Shown here: piece after piece, positions 1 through 9,628 of the stretch | Layout of the letters: every line of letters begins with the position of its first letter | How positions within the stretch are numbered: the stretch's first letter is position 1 | Origin: Styela clava | Lineage: Eukaryota | Direction: 5' to 3' | Length of the DNA stretch: 64,000 nucleotides | Assembly (NCBI RefSeq): GCF_964204865.1 | Contig: NW_027556749.1 | Span: forward strand, 1-64,000 | Notes under the pieces: model-generated | Seen by the model: only the letters and a program-made list of their open reading frames with translations | What the model was told of the DNA's origin: nothing | The model's database searches: none | Position numbers and translations under genes: made by a program

Positions 1-38
1 CCCTAGGACCCTCAAAATTGCTTGGGATATCCTCGGGC

Positions 39-67
39 TTGACTTTCTCGCGTTCTTGTGATATAAT
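39..67 (+). promoter_or_regulatory. Sigma70-type promoter
   Basis: TTGACT-17 bp-TATAAT with extended TG. Confidence 0.7.
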
Positions 68-119
68 AAAAGGGGGTACCTTTTCACGTTCTCGATCGTT
101 GAGATAAAAAAAAAAGTAC

Positions 120-148
120 TTGACAAAATAAAAATTTTAATATATAAT
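120..148 (+). promoter_or_regulatory. Consensus sigma70-type promoter
   Basis: TTGACA-17 bp-TATAAT. Confidence 0.75.
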
Positions 149-326
149 AAACGGGGAGCCTTTCGCCGGCACAATTCGCACGATTGAACACGTTAAAAAT
201 GGGCTTGCTTTTTCTTCTTTTAATACTAAACCACGTTTAAACTCGTTTAGGCCCTCAAATGGCAATTATTTGAATATTTCAGCGCTACGACTGACACAAT
301 CCGCAAGCTTTCAGATTTCAACAGGC

Positions 327-360
327 AAAAAAAAGACCGGGAACATCTAAGCCCCGGCCC
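327..360 (-). terminator. Intrinsic terminator of the leading minus-strand operon
   Basis: GGGCCGGGGC...GTTCCCGGTC stem followed by T8 on the minus strand, just after 385..693. Confidence 0.8.
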
Positions 361-384
361 TAAATAATATTTATTTATTTATTA

Positions 385-693
385 TTATTTATTATTTGCA
401 CCCTCCTTTTTCATCTTTGCCAAAATCAACCGGATTTTTAAAAATTCAATTTCTTTTTTGGCCTGTAATTCTTTCGCCTCAAAATAATTTAAAAATTTTT
501 TTATAATTTCGATTAAGTCGACCGGCTCCATTTCGAAGCTTGCCAAATTGTTTAAATTATTTATAATTAAATTATTTATAATTTTTTTGGCGTTGTCTGT
601 TTCAAATGTAATTTTTTCGAGATTTTCGAAATCGTTTTTGTTGTCAAGTGTCGAGAAAATGGCCAATAATTTATTTTTTTGCTTTATTTCCAT
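385..693 (-). CDS. Hypothetical protein (102 aa)
   Basis: GGAGG RBS; TAATG coupling to the upstream gene. Confidence 0.8.
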   Translation of the reverse strand: MEIKQKNKLLAIFSTLDNKNDFENLEKITFETDNAKKIINNLIINNLNNLASFEMEPVDLIEIIKKFLNYFEAKELQAKKEIEFLKIRLILAKMKKEGANNK

Positions 694-1382
694 TATTCTG
701 CACCTCCTTCGTCACGTTCGAAATCTTCAAGCATTCGTGCCAAGTTGATTTTATCCGCTAAATCGTTTTGCGTCTCGTCGTCCTGCGTCTTGTTCTCTTC
801 AGATGTTGCGAGGTCGTGGGATTCTTCGCGTATACTTTGCGCGGTAATTCCGCAACTTCTCAAAATTAAATCTTTTCACGTCGCGAAATCTTCAGGCTTC
901 AAGTCTTCGGCTTGAGTGTATCCATTTAACGCGTTCCAAATCTCCCCATCTTCTACCTCGTCGCTGTCGGTGAACAGGTCGCGCGCTCTATCCTCCACAT
1001 CTTCGGTGCAGTAATGTGCCCAATTTAATTTATCATTTAAACCAGTAAAGGAGTTACAAAATTTAATTTGTTCTTTTTTCTCTTCTTCTGCTTCTTTTGC
1101 TTCCTCTTCTTCTTCGGCCTCTCTTTCGTCTTCGTCGTTGTTATTTGGTCAAATAATCACGTATTGCGCCAATTCTACACGGTCCGCGTCGCAGTCTTCA
1201 CGTGCTCCGCTTGTGCATTGGTGGCGGTTATAATTAATTTTTTTTAATAATCGGTTTTTTTCGTCCTTTATGTCTTGATTATCGAAACAGTCCGCCAAAA
1301 AATTATCGATTTTTTTTTTGCTTAAATCCGTACATTTTACGACTTCAAAGCGTCCAAGTCTATTTTTTTTTGTGTGTGTCAT
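693..1382 (-). CDS. Highly acidic protein (229 aa), candidate DNA mimic
   Basis: GGAGG RBS; reads through TGA at 1149; contains NDEDEREAEEEEEAKEAEEE and a D/E-rich C-terminal two-thirds. Confidence 0.8.
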
Positions 1383-1651
1383 TGTGGCACCTCCTCAATA
1401 TTATAATAATAATTAAATATATATTAATTAATTAATGCATTTATCTTTTACGTTTCAATTTAATTATATATTATTATTTTTTTTTTTGTTATTTTTTTTT
1501 TTACTTATTTTTTTTTTAAAATTTTTGCATTATACCACAAACGACAAAAAAGGGGTAAAGTGTTAAAATAATATTATAGAAATTAAAAAATTGATTTTTG
1601 AAAATTTAAAATAAAAATTAAATAAAAAATTGCCAAAAGCTCGCCCAATTA

Positions 1652-1680
1652 ATTTTAACATAGTTTTTTTTTTTTGTCAA
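1652..1680 (-). promoter_or_regulatory. Promoter of the leading minus-strand operon
   Basis: TTGACA-17 bp-TAAAAT with extended TG on the minus strand. Confidence 0.65.
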
Positions 1681-1794
1681 GTTTTTTTTTAAAAATTTTG
1701 AAATTTATTTTTAGACGAAATAAAAAATTTGAAAGAGAAAAAAATTTTTTTATTATTCTCTATGTAAGGACTTATTTTTTTGAAAAGCTTGATT

Positions 1795-2160
1795 ATCTTA
1801 CTGACAGAAAAAAAGGTGATTTTTGCATATGGGACCGTGGGTTAGACTGGAAGAGGTGAATTTTTTTGAGCTAAAACTTTTACAACTTTTCCGGGCTGAA
1901 AAACACGAGTTTTACCTGTCGTAGAACCAATACAGAAAAAAAGTAAAATATTTGCAAACTCTTATGAAAAACAAAAAATATTATACTATTATTACTTATT
2001 TATTTTTTTTTTTAAGCAGTAGTAGAGATAAATTTACTTTTTTAACGAAATGGCTTAAACACTGGGTAAAGTAGACTTTTCGAGGCCGGAAAAGTTATAG
2101 AAATTTTGACTAAAAAAAATTGAGCTAATTTTTAGTAAGATTTAGAACACTCAGTAAGAT
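1795..2160. repeat. Large imperfect palindrome, putative replication origin
   Basis: ATCTTACTGA/TCAGTAAGAT outer pair; arms 1859-1916 and 2065-2122 around an AT-rich core; non-coding. Confidence 0.6.
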
Positions 2161-2278
2161 TTTGACGACTCGCAGGCGTAGAACGACAAAAACACACTGG
2201 CGAAATTTGGAATTTTTTGGAGGTCACAGTAAGGTATCGAATATGATATAATAATAATAGAGAAAAGGAAATAAAAGA

Positions 2279-2371
2279 ATGGAATTACATACATTAAAGA
2301 ATTGTAAAGCAAAAGAACAAAATGCTATTTGCTTATATTGTTTTGTTAAAAAAAATAGAAAGACAAAATAA
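2279..2371 (+). CDS. 30-aa Cys/His peptide (copy 1 only)
   Basis: Follows a TGATATAAT promoter and AAGGA RBS; MELHTLKNCKAKEQNAICLYCFVKKNRKTK. Confidence 0.45.
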   Translation: MELHTLKNCKAKEQNAICLYCFVKKNRKTK

Positions 2372-2413
2372 AAGTATGATATAATAAATATAATAGAAAA
2401 GGAGAAAAGAAAA

Positions 2414-2797
2414 ATGGAAATAGAAAAATACCACAAATTATTAGATGAAAGAAAAGAAAAGATTGGTAAAATATTTGAAAAGATTGGTAAAGAAGCAAAT
2501 AAGTTCAATGATAAAGTAGAATTTACAGGAATTACAATTAACGATTCAAGTGTGTCAAATTCAACATATTACACATTTAATTATCAAAATAAAGAAGACG
2601 ATTGTTTGGAATTGAATTTTAAAGTTAAAGTTTCAGATCATGACAAGCATTTCGGAAATGAATTTAAATTTATTTTTGAAAAATTTACAAGTGAAGAAGA
2701 AAATGAATATTGATTTGAAACATTCGATTTTAATTATTGAAATGATAAAAATTTAATTGCTTGTTTAAAAGAATTTTTGGAAGAAGAATATTATTAA
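2414..2797 (+). CDS. Early hypothetical protein, allele 1 of variable cassette (127 aa)
   Basis: Promoter plus AAGGAG RBS; TGA read-through to TAA. Confidence 0.85.
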
Positions 2798-2815
2798 AAA
2801 AAAAGGAGAAAAATT

Positions 2816-3019
2816 ATGAAAACAGAAACAAAAAACAAAATGTGAGGAAATGATTATCTTTTCTTAGAATGCTCAATTTGAATTAAAGACGAACATTTAA
2901 AAGATATTGATTTTACAAAAGAAATTGGGCCAAATGATGACGACGCAGGCGATGATTATGATATTGACGCCGACGAATATTACCACGACGACAACAATTG
3001 ACCGCGTGAAGATTTTTAA
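2816..3019 (+). CDS. Small acidic protein (67 aa)
   Basis: AAGGAG RBS; tail DDDAGDDYDIDADEYYHDDNNWPREDF; synonymous changes and an in-frame indel between copies. Confidence 0.85.
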
Positions 3020-3036
3020 ATAAAGGAGAAAAAATT

Positions 3037-3486
3037 ATGATTACTACACAAAAAGAAACAGCAAGACAACGTTTTAATGCTATTTTGAATAAAATTGACA
3101 ATTCAGAATATATATATGACATAGATGAAGAAGTTAATTATCTTGATGATATGGGGGCGGGATCACAATTTTATTTTAGAAAGAATTTAAATAAATTGTT
3201 TAAAGAATTAAATTATAAAGATATGGAAGAAACTTATTTTAAAATAATGAGCAAAAACAAAGATTGAGCGCAAATTAAATTATATTTAGATGATGACGTA
3301 AATTTACAAGATGAAAAGATTTTTGACAATTTCAAGAAACAAACATACGATTTTTTTAAACACATCCAACGAATGATTGACGAAATTTTGAAAGATGATT
3401 TGATAAAGTTTAAAGCATATTGTGCGAAAGATATGGAGCGAAGTTTACCCATTATTAAAGGATATTTAAAAAATAATTGAGTATAA
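3037..3486 (+). CDS. Hypothetical protein
   Basis: AAGGAG RBS; code-4 ORF. Confidence 0.8.
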
Positions 3487-3498
3487 AAGGAGAAAATT

Positions 3499-3840
3499 AT
3501 GAAAAAAAATACAATTGATTTAATTTTTAAGTTAGTAGGGATTATTAGCGAAGAAAAAGGTAAAGGGAAAGGTGAAAAAATTTTGGCGAAAAATATTTTG
3601 AAACATTTTGAAAGCGATATTAGTGTTAAATGTTTTAATGATCGTTGAAATTCGTTTAAAGATCGGCGTCGGGAAATTTTAGAAGTAAATTTGAAACAAT
3701 TTAAATTATCTACATTAATATTGATTAAACATAGTTTAATTGGTGAAACTAAAAACAGTTGTAAGATCCAAAAAAACAAAGATATAGTTGTTTATTATAA
3801 TAAATTGTTTTACAAAGGTTGTGATGCCAACCTGGGTTAG
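3499..3840 (+). CDS. Hypothetical protein
   Basis: AAGGAG RBS; code-4 ORF. Confidence 0.75.
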
Positions 3841-3857
3841 GATATGATATAATAAAA

Positions 3858-3881
3858 TAAAGTTGAATATGATATAATAAA
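3858..3881 (+). promoter_or_regulatory. Extended -10 early promoter repeat (24-bp identical copy at 7243-7266)
   Basis: TAAAGTTGAATATGATATAATAAA; the TGATATAAT motif recurs near 2244, 2377, 3845, 7255 and 7565. Confidence 0.7.
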
Positions 3882-3909
3882 AATAGAAGAAAACAAAGGA
3901 GAAAAAAAA

Positions 3910-4302
3910 ATGAATAATTGAAGATTAAAGATTATTAAAGAGTTTAAAGAATATTTGGAAGCTAAAGAAGCTAACCGATTAACACCTGAAGAGAAAACAA
4001 TTGCTTCAGATTTTTTAAACATAATGGGAAGTTTTAGCCGTTCAACCGACTTTGACAATTTCGAATTTAAAGGACGCGACGGGTTAAATTATTACGAAGA
4101 AATGGCGTTTGCACACTTTAGAAATTGAGAAAATGACAAAATTAATTTTAAAAAAATAACATTTAAAACAAATAAACATTTTTTAGATTGAATTTTAAGT
4201 ATCAATAAATTTAAGTTGAGTCGACTAAAAACAACAATTTCGAGACTTGAAGAAATGAAAAAAAAAGAGGTTTATCGTGATAAAAAAGGAGGTAAAAAAT
4301 AA
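3910..4302 (+). CDS. Hypothetical protein
   Basis: AAGGAG RBS; code-4 ORF. Confidence 0.8.
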
Positions 4303-4303
4303 T

Positions 4304-4597
4304 ATGAAAAATAAATTAGAATATGAAAGTTATTTATCAAACGCAAAATCTTTAATAAGAAATGATAAATTAAGCGTTAAAGATTTGGAAAAATCATTCA
4401 AAGTTGTAAGTAATAATATACTAAAATTAAAAAGTGAAATTTTAAAAAATGTAGTAAAAGGCGAAAGCGTTTGAGTTGATAATCATAATAAAGAAAACTA
4501 TGAAAGTATATTAAAAGCTATCGAGTACTGCCTTTACAATTATAATTTAATTAAAGAAGGAGAAGATAAAGAATATGATGAACAAGAAACTAGTTAA
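4304..4597 (+). CDS. Small paralog-family protein
   Basis: GGAGG RBS; C-terminal KAIEYCLYNYNLIK motif shared with genes at 14218-15974. Confidence 0.8.
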
Positions 4598-4784
4598 TTT
4601 TTTAGCAATAGTTGTTACAATGATATATTGCTCACATTTGATTTGCTCAGTTGTAGTACTAACAACAATTGAGACTTTACCAAGTTGATTAGCTTTATTA
4701 CCACTGTTAAATCCAACACTAGCTTTAGCAGTTTTTTCATTTTTTGATAAAATTGGATGATTAGGAGGAGAAAATAATGAATAA
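4575..4784 (+). CDS. Small membrane protein
   Basis: Two hydrophobic stretches; overlapping start and stop with neighbours. Confidence 0.65.
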
Positions 4785-5082
4785 ATTAAAATTTTTTCTA
4801 AAAAACATAGTTGATTTTTTACTTATATTTATGGTTGTAGCGTCAATATTATTTATATTAGCATCAAATTATATTACTTATTTTGGGTGACTTAATAATA
4901 TTGGTGTGTTGAAAGTTAAGAAACTTATTACAATCTATATATTATTAATTATAATATTAAGTATTGGAACACCAATTGTTTTATATTTTAGTGTAGAGTC
5001 AATTAACATACAATATAAAATTATAAAATATTTGTGAAAATTTAAAAAGGAGAAAAATAATAATGACAAAAGAACAAATTAA
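4777..5082 (+). CDS. Membrane protein (2 TM)
   Basis: GGAGG RBS; two long hydrophobic segments. Confidence 0.7.
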
Positions 5083-5392
5083 AGAAATAAAAAAAGATGT
5101 CGATAATTTAAAACATCTTGACGTTCCAAGAGCGATACGTCAAAATATGCCAGAAGAATTGAAAGATATTTGACGTTGTGAAAAATTTGACGATTTGACA
5201 GATGAAGACATAAAAGAAATACATAATGCCGTTGTGACAACTGTAGACTCATGAATAGAATTAACGCAAGAGGCCCAAAATTCTAGTGGAGGCTTCAGCT
5301 CAGACGTTAAGATGTTTACATCGTACCGCGAAGACTTAGAAGATTTTAACGAAAAGTGAGAAAATAAAGGAGAAGGAACACAATGAATATAG
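5063..5392 (+). CDS. Hypothetical protein
   Basis: AAGGAG RBS; code-4 ORF. Confidence 0.75.
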
Positions 5393-5826
5393 ATTTAAAA
5401 GATACAATTGAAACTTTAATTAATAATACTATCGAAAAAAATTTTGGAAAAGACAGAGCTTTAGAAAAGGGTATTAGAGAAAACGAAGCAGGAGTTGTTG
5501 ATTTCTGAAATTGTTTTGGTCGAACAGCATTACATGTAATAGTTCACGAAGAAAAAAGCGGAAGGTTACATATACGAATTCCAGATACGGGAGACAAATT
5601 GACGCAATGTATTTTTATTAAACAAAATAAAAAAGGTTGAAAAAAATTAGAAGATCATATTATGTTATCACTGAATTATCAAAGAAAAAAATTAAAAGAA
5701 CACATTGAAGAAACTCATAAAAAGATAGCGCGTTTACATGAATTAGACAACCAACGAAGAAAAGATATTGAGGCGTTTTATAAAAAATGGTTTGTACTTG
5801 AGGAGAAAACAATACATGATGAATAA
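5383..5826 (+). CDS. Hypothetical protein
   Basis: RBS; code-4 ORF. Confidence 0.75.
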
Positions 5827-6724
5827 ATTAGATAAATATTATACAAAACAAAAAATAGCTAATAAGTTAACAACATATATATATGCGGTTTTAAAATATT
5901 ATAAAATTGATTATAACAATTTAACATGAATTGAACCTAGCGCCGGCGAAGGAGTGTTTGTTGACGCTTTAGAACAAGTATTAGACATAAAACCTAAAAT
6001 TCTGTGCTATGATATTGATGAAGATTTAAAGAACAAAAGAGTCATTAAACAAGACTTTTTAAAGGTTAATCTAAAGCATTCGGCGAAAAATATAATTTTT
6101 GGAAATCCACCATTTGGTCGATCTGGACAGTTAGCAATTGACTTTATCAATAAGGCTTCAAAAATTGCTGATATTGTTTGTTTTATAGTACCTAATACTT
6201 TGCGACGATATTCAACTCAAAAAAAATTAAATAACGACCTAAAATTGATTGTAGAATTAACTGTTGATCAAAATGCTTTCGAGTATAAAAACAAAACAAA
6301 AAATTTCAATTGCTCATTTCAAATTTGAGTCAATAAAAATCGAGAAGAATTTAAAGACGGAAAAAATTTGAGATTATTAGAAAAACAACCGTTTCGAGTT
6401 CCTTCTGTAAAGACGTTTATTTACAATAACACAAAAAAGACTGTCAAATTTTTTGATAAGGCTAAATACAAGTGGGACGTGGGTATACCTCGACAAGGTT
6501 TTTGCGACTACTCAAAATTAATTACAGATCAAAAAGAGTTAAAGACAACTCAACAGTATATGTTTATTAAATATAATGATGAGTTAGCAAAAAAAGTTGT
6601 TGAGTTAATAGATTTTGAAGAACTGTCACATAGTAATACAATTGTACCAGGTTTTTCGACAACAGATTTTATAAAAGAATATAATGAGATCAGGAAATTA
6701 CAAGGAGGTCATAATTATGAATAA
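5816..6724 (+). CDS. DNA amino-methyltransferase, probably N6-adenine (gamma motif order)
   Basis: Motif X DKYYT, motif I IEPSAGEG, motif IV GNPPF; joins two track ORFs through TGA. Confidence 0.9.
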
Positions 6725-7262
6725 AACACCCATAATTTGCGTTTTTTTAGGTAATGATTCAAAAGAGTTATCAAATACTAGACATAATATTGGTTGACTT
6801 TTTTGCGATTTTATGGCTTTAATAACGGAAAATACATTTATTGAAAAAAAACATTATTATTACTTTAAAGATTACATTTGTACTGGTATTAGTCCAGTTT
6901 ATTTTATTAAATTGAAAACACTAATGAATGATTCAGGAAAGATTTTGAGAAAAATTTGTCAAAAACAAAAATGAAATTATGATCAATTAATTATTTTTGC
7001 CGATAATACGGATTTAAAACTAACAAAATTTAAAATAAAAAATCATATATGTAATAATGGTCATCGTGGAACACACGACATAGTTGAACAATTCAAAACT
7101 AATAAAATTAAAATGTTTTACTTAGGAATAGATAGACAGAAAAATTTAAAACAATGAGTGTTGTCTCAATTTGAGGATAAAGAAATTTTGTTTTTGAACA
7201 AATATATTTTTCCGAAACTTTGAAATAAATTTGAAGAAAGTTTAAAGTTGAATATGATATAA
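6717..7262 (+). CDS. pth: Peptidyl-tRNA hydrolase
   Basis: FLGN...NTRHNIGW, KTLMNDSG, ADNTDL, NGHRG, YLGID and WVLSQF match Pth1 motifs. Confidence 0.88.
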
Positions 7263-7277
7263 TAAATATATATAGAA

Positions 7278-7601
7278 ATGAGAAACGAAATTAAAAAAAG
7301 TATATTGATATTTTTATTTATAGTAAATGTTATTTTTAGTATTATTTTGATTAAAAGTAATTTAGAATTAAATAATGATAAGTCAAACTTAGAAACTAAA
7401 TTAGTAGAATTAGATAATGAGAAGACAAAACTAAACGGAATTATTAGATCTCAAGAAGATTTAAAAATAATTATTGGGAATCAAGAAGAAGAATTAGAAA
7501 GATTAAGAACACTTACTAGACTTCAAGAAACAAACCTAATTAAATTAGAAAACAAAAATAAATGTGATATAATAAATATATGGAAAGTTATGAAAATTTA
7601 A
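7278..7601 (+). CDS. Membrane-anchored coiled-coil protein
   Basis: N-terminal hydrophobic helix then heptad-like region. Confidence 0.6.
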   Translation: MRNEIKKSILIFLFIVNVIFSIILIKSNLELNNDKSNLETKLVELDNEKTKLNGIIRSQEDLKIIIGNQEEELERLRTLTRLQETNLIKLENKNKCDIINIWKVMKI

Positions 7602-7634
7602 AAAACAAGAAGAAAAAAAGGAGAAAAAAGAATA

Positions 7635-7841
7635 ATGAAAACATATAAAATTTGAATGAAAGATAAAAAAGAGTTGGATAAATTGGAAAGTATACTATGA
7701 GATTTAAAAATTGAATATGATGCTAGAACTAGTATTGAAAGTACAATATTATCACCAAAAGGGGACAAAGACAATACTATTTGAGATAAAAAAGGTTTTT
7801 ATGTAACAATTAAAACGTTTGAAAAAGGAGGAAAAGAATAA
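7635..7841 (+). CDS. Hypothetical protein
   Basis: AAGGAG RBS; TAATG coupling. Confidence 0.7.
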
Positions 7842-8596
7842 TGAATAATTTTTCGGATGGAAATGGAAAATATAAAAAAATATCTAGTGACGAATTAAAA
7901 CAATTAGAAAAAAAAATGGAAAATACACTTATTAGTGCTGTTGAAAAAATGAATTGCGGTGTGGTTTATTGTGATTGAATGAGATGGGATGAGTCACCAC
8001 ATGAACCTTTGAGAGGTCGTTTTGTCGTCACTATTGAGTCTATGGGTCATAGATTTGACTTTGTAAACTTTAATATTCATATTTTAGAAAAAAAACCTAG
8101 ACGATGATATCATTTAGAAGATAGTGATAATGACAAAATCGAAGTTTATTTAATACTTGAGGATTTTGAAAAATTAGATGATTATCTTGAAGAATTTAAA
8201 AAAACTATTAGAAAAGAAATGCGTTCAATTATACGAGCTAAAAATTGAAACCAATTGTATAGTTATAATTTTGAAAATATTCGTATTAAAAAAGTTTGAG
8301 AAATTGGAAAAAAATATTTTGGTGATAATGATTTGACAAATACTTACCTCGAAGGTAAAGTTTCACGTCGCGCTTTCAACAAATATCGAAAAGCACTTAT
8401 TAAAATAGTAAACACAAGACTTTCAAATTGAAAAAAAGGCGATGACCCTAAAATATTTATTGGCGTATATGCTATTTTAGATTGAGAAAAAGAAAACGTT
8501 GAAAAAATAAAGACAATTAATAGAATTAGAAAAGAAATTGCTAATCAAAAATTTACGAAAAAAAGAGGATCGTATAAATATAAAGGAGAAGAATAA
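7841..8596 (+). CDS. Hypothetical protein
   Basis: GGAGG RBS; code-4 ORF; TAATG coupling. Confidence 0.8.
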
Positions 8597-9534
8597 TGAC
8601 AAATAAAGAAAAAGGAAAAAAAATTAAAGAAATGACAGAAAAACAAAGAGAACGCGAAAGATGAAAATTATTTTTACGAAAATATATTTGATTATCAAAT
8701 CATAAAGACATAAAATATCATAGTAATTTGACAAATCGAATTTTAAATTGTAAACATATTAAAAAAGATGAAGACAAAAATAAAGTAATAGATGTTATAA
8801 ATGGAGAACTTAAAATGTCTGATATCGAACATGATTTGTTTCTTTTATTAAGAGATGAAATATTTTTTGATTTAATTAATGTTATTAGAGATAATAATAA
8901 AATTGAAGAAGATAAAACAAAAGAACGGAAAAGATTAGAAGTAGTAAAATTACTAAAACGTTTTAAACAATATGAATGATCATGAATTACTATGAAAAAC
9001 ATGGAAGCTTTAGCAGAAGAAGTAAACAGACAAAATAATTATGATAAAGATAAATTAGTTACTTTAAATGACAGATTTTATGATAAAGATGTTCATGGTA
9101 GCGAAACATCAGATGATACTACTCTTTTTTATTTTTTAATTGGAAAAAAAGATGAAGATTATAAATATGCGACAGATGTTTCAATTTGTGTTTATAGAGG
9201 AGGTGATATTAAAGTTAAATATCCCGACATCACAAACTTTACAGAATATGATGACGATGGACATAAAACTATGTATTGTAAAGTAGCAACTTATTTTGAT
9301 ATCCATAACGATTGAGATGATATTATTGATAAAATTAAAAAAACTATAACATATTTAGAAATAAGAGACAAAGAAGAAATTGAAGAAGCTGAAAAAAAAG
9401 AAGCTGATAAATGAAGAGCATTACGAAAAAAAGAGGAAAAGAAAGAGCTTGAAGCAAAAAGAAAAGAGATGGAAGCAAAAATATTAAAGGATATAGCAAA
9501 AAAAGCTAAGAAAAAAGCAAATGACAAAATGTAA
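8596..9534 (+). CDS. Hypothetical protein with charged C-terminal helix
   Basis: Joins track ORFs 8728 and 8992 through TGA. Confidence 0.8.
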
Positions 9535-9628
9535 TTATTGTATTAAAGAACCTAAAGGCACATACTGTTTAGAGTGTTTTTTAAAGAACGAAAAAGAGCG
9601 TAAAAAAAATGTTAAAAAAAGAAATTAA
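9521..9628 (+). CDS. 35-aa CxxC-x9-CxxC zinc-finger peptide
   Basis: MTKCNYCIKEPKGTYCLECFLKNEK...; fills the gap between coupled genes. Confidence 0.5.
   Translation: MTKCNYCIKEPKGTYCLECFLKNEKERKKNVKKRN

Noticed and set aside
3234-3779. 181-aa minus-strand ORF and similar F/L/I/S-rich antisense ORFs (e.g. 2224, 8718, 9291, 15653)
   Set aside because: They lie antisense to RBS-supported K/E-rich genes and have typical shadow composition.
5816-6724. Complete restriction-modification system
   Set aside because: No adjacent endonuclease motif; an orphan protective methyltransferase is ordinary in phages.
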